Source: Alistipes sp. (lineage in GTDB: Bacteria > Bacteroidota > Bacteroidia > Bacteroidales > Rikenellaceae). From it: a stretch of 64,000 nucleotides of DNA. Both the position numbers and the translations under genes were made by a program. Location of the stretch: positions 39,360 through 103,359 of the forward strand of contig JAGBUB010000031.1 of assembly GCA_017631035.1 (NCBI GenBank), written 5' to 3'. Below are positions 57,851 to 64,000 of the stretch, one piece after another. Position 1 is the first letter of the stretch; each line of letters starts with the position of its first letter. Below the pieces are notes generated by a model. The model was not told the origin of the DNA and searched no databases. It was given only the letters and a program-made list of their open reading frames with translations.

Positions 57851-59410
57851 ATGGTAAAGATATTATGGGTTGATGATGAGGTTGAGTTGTTGAAGCCTCA
57901 TATATTCTTCCTGCAGAATAAGGGTTACGAGGTTGATACTTGCAACAATGGCTACGACGCTATCGATATGGTGCGTACGGCCTCTTACGACCTTATCATC
58001 CTTGACGAGATGATGCCTGGTATGACCGGCTTGGAGACACTTCCCCTGATTAAGGATGTGCGCCCCACCACACCCATCATTATGGTAACTAAGAGCGAGG
58101 AGGAGAATCTGATGGACAAGGCCATCGGCTCGAAGATTGCCGACTATATCATTAAGCCTGTAAATCCCAATCAGGTGCTGCTCTCTATTAAGAAAAATGT
58201 CCATTCGCAGCAACTTGTTACAGAGCAGACTACGGCCGACTATCGTGCCGAGTTTGGTCGTATATCGGCTATGTGTCAGGGTGCCGATTCGTTTGAGGCG
58301 TGGAGTACATTGTATCGTAAGATTACCAGTTGGGAGATTGACCTCTCGTCGGCGGCCGACCCGAGCATACGCGAGGTGCTGGCCTATCAGAAGAGCGAGG
58401 CCAATCAGGAGTTCAGCAAGTTTGTGCGACGCAACTACTACAATTGGATAAATAAACGTGTCAGCGACAGCGAGATTCCCGTTCTTTCGCACACCCTGAT
58501 GCGTAAGAAGATATTCCCCGTGGTTGATAATTCTAGCAAGACCACGTTGCTTTTGATTGATAACTTCCGCTACGACCAGTGGCGTGCCATCAATTCGTTG
58601 CTTTACGGCTATTACGATGTGGCAGTCGATGACTTCTACTGTGCCATCCTGCCCTCGGCTACGCAGTATGCCCGTAATGCTATATTTGCCGGCTTGATGC
58701 CGTTGGCTATCGACCGTATGATGCCCGATAAGTGGCTCAACGACAACGAGGAGGGCGGAAAGAATCAGTACGAGGAGGAGTTCCTGCGTCGTCAGCTGGC
58801 GATGGCTGGCAAGAACTACCGCTGGACTTTCGATAAGTTAGTGCGTCCCGAGGCAGGTCGCAAACTAATCGATAATATCAGCCGTGTTTACGATGCCGAC
58901 TTCTCGGTTATCGTCTATAACTTCCTCGACATCCTCTCACACGCCCGCACCGAGACCGACATCATCCGAGAACTTACCGAGGATGAGGCTTCGTTCCGCT
59001 CGCTCACGCGTTCGTGGTTCGAGCACTCGGAGCTTTTCGAATTGCTTAAGATGTTGTCTGAGCGTGGTCATACAGTGATAGTTACATCTGACCACGGTAC
59101 TATCCGCGTGGATAATCCCGTGAAGATTACGGGCGACAGGGAGACTTCTACCAATCTGCGTTACAAGACTGGTCGCAACCTGCAGTATAACGCCCGAGAG
59201 GTATACGAGGTTACGCGTCCCGAGGATATTATGTTGCCACGAATTAACCTCTCGTCGAGCTACATATTTGCCTACAACCGCGACTTCTTTGTCTATAACA
59301 ACGACGCCAACAAGTTTATCCGCTATTACCGCAATACCTTCCAGCACGGCGGTATTTCGATGGAGGAGATGATGGTGCCATACATTGTGTTGAAACCCAA
59401 AAATCAGTAA
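57851..59410 (+). CDS. porX: PorX-type response regulator (receiver + PglZ/alkaline-phosphatase domain)
   Basis: ILWVDDE, LDEMMPG, TKSEEE, IDNFRYDQW, ATQYARNAIF, TSDHG and FQHGG.S; followed by tsaE. Confidence 0.92.
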   Translation: MVKILWVDDEVELLKPHIFFLQNKGYEVDTCNNGYDAIDMVRTASYDLIILDEMMPGMTGLETLPLIKDVRPTTPIIMVTKSEEENLMDKAIGSKIADYIIKPVNPNQVLLSIKKNVHSQQLVTEQTTADYRAEFGRISAMCQGADSFEAWSTLYRKITSWEIDLSSAADPSIREVLAYQKSEANQEFSKFVRRNYYNWINKRVSDSEIPVLSHTLMRKKIFPVVDNSSKTTLLLIDNFRYDQWRAINSLLYGYYDVAVDDFYCAILPSATQYARNAIFAGLMPLAIDRMMPDKWLNDNEEGGKNQYEEEFLRRQLAMAGKNYRWTFDKLVRPEAGRKLIDNISRVYDADFSVIVYNFLDILSHARTETDIIRELTEDEASFRSLTRSWFEHSELFELLKMLSERGHTVIVTSDHGTIRVDNPVKITGDRETSTNLRYKTGRNLQYNAREVYEVTRPEDIMLPRINLSSSYIFAYNRDFFVYNNDANKFIRYYRNTFQHGGISMEEMMVPYIVLKPKNQ

Positions 59411-59413
59411 TAT

Positions 59414-59827
59414 ATGAAGCGAATAGAGATTGACTCATTGTCGGAACTGACTCGCGTGGCCGAGTCCATTATCGAGGAACTTGGTGAGCGCCGAGTGGTA
59501 TTGCTCCGTGGCTCGATGGGTGCAGGTAAGACTACGCTGGTGAGCCGCATCGCCAAGTGCTTGGGAGCCGAGGATACGGTGACAAGTCCCACTTTTGCGC
59601 TGGTTAATCAGTACGAGGGTACCCAGATGCGAATCTATCACTTCGATTTTTACCGCATCGACCGTATCGAGGAGGTGTTCGATTTGGGTTACGAGGAGTA
59701 TTTCTACTCGGGCGATTTGTGCCTGGTGGAGTGGCCCGAAAAAATCGAGGAACTTATTCCCGATTCGGTTATGGAGGTGCGTATTACGGTAGGTGATGGC
59801 GAAGAGCGAATCTTCGAGATAGAATAA
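59414..59827 (+). CDS. tsaE: tRNA threonylcarbamoyladenosine biosynthesis ATPase
   Basis: G.MGAGKTT, VTSPTF.LVN.Y, YHFDFYR, VEWPE. Confidence 0.96.
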   Translation: MKRIEIDSLSELTRVAESIIEELGERRVVLLRGSMGAGKTTLVSRIAKCLGAEDTVTSPTFALVNQYEGTQMRIYHFDFYRIDRIEEVFDLGYEEYFYSGDLCLVEWPEKIEELIPDSVMEVRITVGDGEERIFEIE

Positions 59828-59843
59828 CAACTGATATGACTAT

Positions 59844-59879
59844 AAAACAGATTCTTATTTGCAGGAATCTGTTTTTTTT
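59844..59879 (+). terminator. Intrinsic terminator after tsaE
   Basis: AAAACAGATTCTT-ATTTGC-AGGAATCTGTTTTTTTT. Confidence 0.85.
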
Positions 59880-59947
59880 GCTATTTTTGCACCCTATATT
59901 GACTTTGGCACCACGGAGTGCCTAATGAGATGAAGAATAGTAAAATT

Positions 59948-61933
59948 ATGAATATGATGAAGAACTTTTTTCTGACAATTGTTGCTGTTGTCGCTTCTAT
60001 GGTGGTAGCCGCACAGCCTATGATGATGCAGCCCGTGTCGTGGAGCACATCTGTTGAGCAGGTTGGCGATGGACAGTATCGTATCGATTTCAAGGCATCG
60101 GTTGACGAGGGCTGGCACCTCTACGACCTCGGTCCTTACGAGGGTGGTCCCTTGGCGACAACCTTTATCTTCGACCCCATCGTGGGTTATGAGCTGGAGG
60201 GCAGTGTTGTGCCCAATAGAGAGTCTGTACGCCAGATGGACGAAGTATTCGAGATGGAGATTGGCCATTACGACGGCGAGGTTGTCTTCTCGCAGGTGGT
60301 GAATGCCCCCGAGGGTGCCGTGGTTAAGTGTACTGTCGAGTGGCAGGCTTGTAGCGACCAGTGCGTAAATGGCGAGAACGACTTCTCGATTACTGTTGGC
60401 AGCCCCGCAGCAGGTGCTTCTGAGGCTAACATCGAGGAGAGTGCCGCAGCGGCCAATGCCGTGGCTAAGGGAGGCTCGTTGTGGAGCTTCATCCTCAGCG
60501 CAGTGGGCTGGGCGTTGATTGCTCTGTTGACTCCTTGTGTGTTCCCGATGATTCCTATGACCGTATCATTCTTCCTCAAGGGTTCGGGTAGCGTTGCCCG
60601 TGGCCGTTTCCGCGCGTTGATGTATGGCCTGTTTATTGTAACACTCTACACCGTACCCATCGGTATTATCATTTTCCTTACCTGGTTGATTGGTGGCGAT
60701 GCCGTTACGGCCGACATCTTCAACTGGTTGGCTACACACTGGTTGCCTAACCTTATCTTCTTCGCCGTATTTATGGTCTTCGCAGCATCGTTCTTCGGTG
60801 CGTTCGAGATTGTATTGCCCGAGAAGTTGGTTAACGATAGCGATGCAAAGTCGGATAAGAGTGGCCTTGCGGGTATCTTCTTTATGGCTCTTACATTGGT
60901 GTTGGTGTCGTTCTCTTGTACAGGTCCCATCGTAGGCTCGGTTTTGATTCAGTCTACTTCGGGTGAGTTCTGGACTCCCATCATCACTATGTTGGCATTC
61001 TCTACCGTGTTCGCTCTGCCGTTCACACTCTTCGCCCTGTTCCCCACTTGGCTCAAGCAGTTGCCTAAGAGCGGTGGCTGGCTCAACTCGGTAAAGGTTG
61101 TGTTGGGATTTGTGGAGCTTGCACTCGGCCTTAAGTTCCTCAGCGTAGCCGATCAGACCTACCACTGGGGATTGCTCGACCGTGAGGTATATTTGGCATT
61201 GTGGATTGCCATCTTCTCACTGTTGGGTCTTTACTTGTTGGGTAAGCTCAAGTTCAAGCACGACAGCGATATGCCCTTCCTCTCGGTTCCCCGTTTGGTG
61301 ATGGCTATCATTGCATTCTCATTTGTGGTATATATGTTGCCGGGTATGTGGGGTGCACCCCTTAAGGCGTTGTCAGGTTACCTGCCTCCCATTCAGTCGC
61401 AGGATTTCGTGATGGGCTCGGGTAGCGTATCAAGCTCTTCGCAGAGCGCTGCAACACCTACTTCTGGTGTTAAGTATGGCGATGTGCTGGAGCTTCCGTT
61501 GGGCCTTGATGGTTTCTTCGACTTGGCAGAGGCTGAGGCCTACGCAAAGCAGGTTGGCAAGCCTTTGTTCATCGACTTTACAGGTCACGGCTGCGTTAAC
61601 TGCCGTGAGATGGAGGCACGCGTATGGTCTGACCCCCGTGTGTTGGATATCCTTCGTCGTGAGTATGTTATCGTAGCACTTTATGCCGACGATAAGTTGA
61701 AGGTGGATGAGGCCGACTGGGTAACTACCGACTCGGGCAAGGTACTCAAGACTTTGGGCAAGATTAACTCTTACTACGCCCTGAAGACCTATGGTGTGAA
61801 TGCCCAGCCTTACTACGTTTTGCAGGGCAACGCTGGTACACCTATGGTTACCCCTCGTGGTTACGATTTGGATGTTCAGGGCTTCATCGATTTCCTCCAG
61901 AGTGGTGTTGATGCCTACAAGGCTGGTAAGTAG
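59948..61933 (+). CDS. dsbD: Thiol:disulfide interchange protein DsbD family
   Basis: GWHLY and QACSDQC; LTPCVFPMIP and SFSCTGP in the TM domain; thioredoxin DFTGHGCVNCR. Exact start uncertain; -7 box TATTTTTG at 59882-59889. Confidence 0.92.
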   Translation: MNMMKNFFLTIVAVVASMVVAAQPMMMQPVSWSTSVEQVGDGQYRIDFKASVDEGWHLYDLGPYEGGPLATTFIFDPIVGYELEGSVVPNRESVRQMDEVFEMEIGHYDGEVVFSQVVNAPEGAVVKCTVEWQACSDQCVNGENDFSITVGSPAAGASEANIEESAAAANAVAKGGSLWSFILSAVGWALIALLTPCVFPMIPMTVSFFLKGSGSVARGRFRALMYGLFIVTLYTVPIGIIIFLTWLIGGDAVTADIFNWLATHWLPNLIFFAVFMVFAASFFGAFEIVLPEKLVNDSDAKSDKSGLAGIFFMALTLVLVSFSCTGPIVGSVLIQSTSGEFWTPIITMLAFSTVFALPFTLFALFPTWLKQLPKSGGWLNSVKVVLGFVELALGLKFLSVADQTYHWGLLDREVYLALWIAIFSLLGLYLLGKLKFKHDSDMPFLSVPRLVMAIIAFSFVVYMLPGMWGAPLKALSGYLPPIQSQDFVMGSGSVSSSSQSAATPTSGVKYGDVLELPLGLDGFFDLAEAEAYAKQVGKPLFIDFTGHGCVNCREMEARVWSDPRVLDILRREYVIVALYADDKLKVDEADWVTTDSGKVLKTLGKINSYYALKTYGVNAQPYYVLQGNAGTPMVTPRGYDLDVQGFIDFLQSGVDAYKAGK

Positions 61934-61959
61934 TGGCTTACGATTAAAACAATTGAAGT

Positions 61960-62382
61960 ATGGGTTTGGAAAAATATGAATCTAAACAGCAGCAGGTGCT
62001 CAAGAGTGCCGGCCGTATCTATCCCTTTATCACTCGTTTCGATATGCTTACCCCTGCACTGCAGGACAAGGTCGAAGAGTGGAATGCTACGGAGGATACC
62101 TGCTCGTTCAAGGTAAAGGGCTTTACTGTGGCTTTGCGCATTGTCGAGCGAGTGGAGAATAAGCATATCAAAATCTCGGGTGATAACGAGCAGGGTGGTC
62201 TGCCCATCGACTTCTCGTTCTGGATCCAGTTGCACGAGGTAAGCGATACTGATACTCGTATGCGAATGGTTCTGCACGCCGATCTGAATATGATGATGCG
62301 AATGATGCTCGGTAGCAAATTGCAGGAGGGTTTGGATAAGGCCATCGAAGGTTTGGCTACGGCTTTTAACCAAATGCCGTAG
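61960..62382 (+). CDS. SRPBCC-like family protein
   Basis: YES.., EDTC.F, F.FWIQL and LN.MM.MM....L..G pattern of Bacteroidales START-fold proteins. Confidence 0.7.
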   Translation: MGLEKYESKQQQVLKSAGRIYPFITRFDMLTPALQDKVEEWNATEDTCSFKVKGFTVALRIVERVENKHIKISGDNEQGGLPIDFSFWIQLHEVSDTDTRMRMVLHADLNMMMRMMLGSKLQEGLDKAIEGLATAFNQMP

Positions 62383-62452
62383 TTCATTGACGAGGTTTTT
62401 GCGTGCAAAGGGGCTACGAGGCTGATTTCGTTGAAAAAAAAGACACTTTTAA

Positions 62453-62483
62453 TTTGTTAATCATTAAAAATGTCGTACATTTG
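62453..62483 (+). promoter_or_regulatory. Housekeeping promoter of HU-bS22-rng
   Basis: TTTG, 19-nt spacer, TACATTTG. Confidence 0.8.
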
Positions 62484-62529
62484 CAAACCCAAAAGGATTT
62501 AAGTGTTAAATTACAAATAAATAATTACT

Positions 62530-62802
62530 ATGACTAAGGCTGATATCGTTAATGAAATTGCCAAGAGTACCGGTGCCGAGAAGGTTTTGGTACAGACAAT
62601 CGTAGAGGCATTTATGGAGAACGTTAGAAACTCGCTCGCTGAGCAGAATAATGTATATTTGCGCGGTTTTGGTAGCTTCATTATCAAGAAGCGTGCTACA
62701 AAGGTAGCTCGTAATATCTCAAAGAATACTACTATCACTATTCCCGAGCACAACATCCCCGCATTCAAGCCCGCTAAGAGCTTTGTTGCAAAGATTAAGT
62801 AA
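62530..62802 (+). CDS. HU/IHF family DNA-binding protein
   Basis: MTKADIV, VYLRGFGSF, RA.K.ARNI, P.FKP. Confidence 0.95.
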   Translation: MTKADIVNEIAKSTGAEKVLVQTIVEAFMENVRNSLAEQNNVYLRGFGSFIIKKRATKVARNISKNTTITIPEHNIPAFKPAKSFVAKIK

Positions 62803-62834
62803 GAAACTTAATAACCAATTAAAAAAATAAGACT

Positions 62835-62924
62835 ATGCCAAACGGAAAGAAGCACAAGCGTCATAAGATGGCTACGCACAAGCGTAAGAAGCGTCTTCGT
62901 AAGAATCGTCACAAGAAGAAGTAA
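62835..62924 (+). CDS. Small basic protein, 30S ribosomal protein bS22 (AURKAIP1/COX24 family)
   Basis: Below the ORF-track cutoff: MPNGKKHKRHKMATHKRKKRLRKNRHKKK, with an A-rich translation start. Confidence 0.88.
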   Translation: MPNGKKHKRHKMATHKRKKRLRKNRHKKK

Positions 62925-62952
62925 TCTTTGTAGTCGATTAAACTGCGTTAGC

Positions 62953-63015
62953 AAGTAGGTAGAATAAAAGGTAAAGGGTTTTTATTGTCTAACGCCCTTT
63001 ACCTTTACCTATTTT
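62953..63015 (+). other. Long hairpin between bS22 and the RNase E/G gene
   Basis: AAAGGTAAAGGG / CCCTTTACCTTT 12-bp perfect stem, extendable by TAGGT/ACCTA, followed by TTTTT. Confidence 0.7.
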
Positions 63016-63033
63016 TATTAATCATTATTTACA

Positions 63034-64000
63034 ATGAATCGAGAGTTAGTAATAAACGTTACCCCGTCCGAGATTACCATCGCCCTATGCGAGGACAAGG
63101 TTCTTGTAGAGCTTAGCAAAGAGCAGTGCAAGACCGGTTTTTCGGTAGGCGACATCTATCTGGGTAAGGTGCGTAAAATTATGCCGGGATTGAATGCCGC
63201 TTTCGTCAATATAGGCCACGAAAAGGACGCATTTATCCATTATCTCGATTTGGGAAGCCAATTCCTCTCGCTGCAGAAGGTTGTCGATAGTCGTCAGCCG
63301 GGTCGTCGAGGAGTTAAGGTGGAGACGATGAAGCTTGAGCCCAACATCGACAAGCAGGGCAAGCTCACATCATACCTTCAGGTGGGTCAAACCGTAATGG
63401 TGCAGGTGGCCAAAGAGGCTATCTCGACCAAGGGCCCGCGTCTAACGACCGACATCTCGCTTGCGGGACGTAATGTAGTGTTGGTGCCCTTCACCAATAA
63501 AATATCTATATCACAGAAGATTCGTTCTAACGAAACCAAAAAGCGCTTGCGTCGTATTGCCGCAGGTGTGCTTCCCAACAATTTCGGCGTTATCATACGC
63601 ACCGCAGCCGCCGAGGCACAAGATGCCGATATAGAGCAGGATATCCTCTCTCTGATTGAGCGATGGAATAAGGCTGTAGGTAACATTCGCAAAAAAGAGG
63701 CTCCCGCTCTTTTGATGAGCGAGATGAACAGAGCCAATACCATAATCCGCGATTCTCTGAATTCGACCTTCTCACAGGTCACCGTTGATGACGAGGCAAT
63801 GTATCGCGAGATTAAAAACTATATCAAAGTAATCGATCCCCAGTTGGAGAAGATCGTCAAGTTGTACAAAGGTACAGTGCCCATCTTCGACAACTTCGAT
63901 ATATCGAAACAGATTAAGTCGCTCTTTGCAAAGTATGTGTCGCTCAAGCGCGGAGCATACCTGATCATCGAGCACACCGAGGCTATGAACGTCATTGACG
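63034..64000 (+). CDS. Rne/Rng family ribonuclease (5' part; runs off window edge)
   Basis: Not in the ORF track: MNRELVINV...VGDIYLGKVRKIMPGLNAAFVNIG.EKDAFIHY.D...KEAISTKGPRLT...GAYLIIEHTEAMNVID. Confidence 0.95.
   Translation, partial: MNRELVINVTPSEITIALCEDKVLVELSKEQCKTGFSVGDIYLGKVRKIMPGLNAAFVNIGHEKDAFIHYLDLGSQFLSLQKVVDSRQPGRRGVKVETMKLEPNIDKQGKLTSYLQVGQTVMVQVAKEAISTKGPRLTTDISLAGRNVVLVPFTNKISISQKIRSNETKKRLRRIAAGVLPNNFGVIIRTAAAEAQDADIEQDILSLIERWNKAVGNIRKKEAPALLMSEMNRANTIIRDSLNSTFSQVTVDDEAMYREIKNYIKVIDPQLEKIVKLYKGTVPIFDNFDISKQIKSLFAKYVSLKRGAYLIIEHTEAMNVID

Noticed and set aside
57851-59410. PglZ domain as a sign of a BREX defence system
   Set aside because: It is fused to a receiver domain and followed by tsaE, which identifies it as PorX. 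No brxC, pglX or brxL is nearby.
59905-59922. TTGGCAC... upstream of dsbD as a sigma54 promoter
   Set aside because: GG-to-GC spacing is 11, not 10. It is better explained as a small GGCAC/GTGCC hairpin downstream of a normal -7 box.
1-64000. Mobile elements, prophage, CRISPR, defence island, rRNA/tRNA
   Set aside because: I saw no transposase, integrase, phage or cas ORF and no repeat-spacer array. Intergenic gaps are short and explained by promoters and terminators.

Overview
Core-genome segment of a Bacteroidales bacterium, probably Rikenellaceae/Alistipes-like. That placement is inferred from the TAnnTTTG -7 promoter boxes, A-rich start regions that mostly lack a Shine-Dalgarno (SD) sequence, porX-tsaE, the murF-alr fusion and HU-bS22-rng. 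It holds about 59 densely packed, apparently intact CDS: nagB-II/nagB/deoD; a complete ilvDBNC-leuACDB-ilvA operon; luxS-mtnN-zupT; lpxK-ssb; secA; an lptD...sufE-sufT run; a 14.6-kb amidase-mlaD-mutS2-alr-grpE-dnaJ-mutL-rhomboid run; a dipeptidyl peptidase; NUDIX-porX-tsaE; dsbD; and HU-bS22-rng. I found no tRNA, rRNA, CRISPR array, IS, phage or defence island, and no multi-gene system that I can confidently call new. The best unannotated signals are small. (1) An Ile/Leu/Val-rich leader peptide with terminator and antiterminator upstream of ilvD. (2) An orphan hairpin between two terminators (26209-26270) carrying an 11-nt complement of the Bacteroidia 16S 3' tail ahead of a 3-codon mini-ORF. 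(3) Sigma54-type -24/-12 boxes before grpE-dnaJ and a YjbH/DsbA-like gene. (4) Several apparent pseudo-enzymes. All product calls come from motif recognition by eye; no searches were run.
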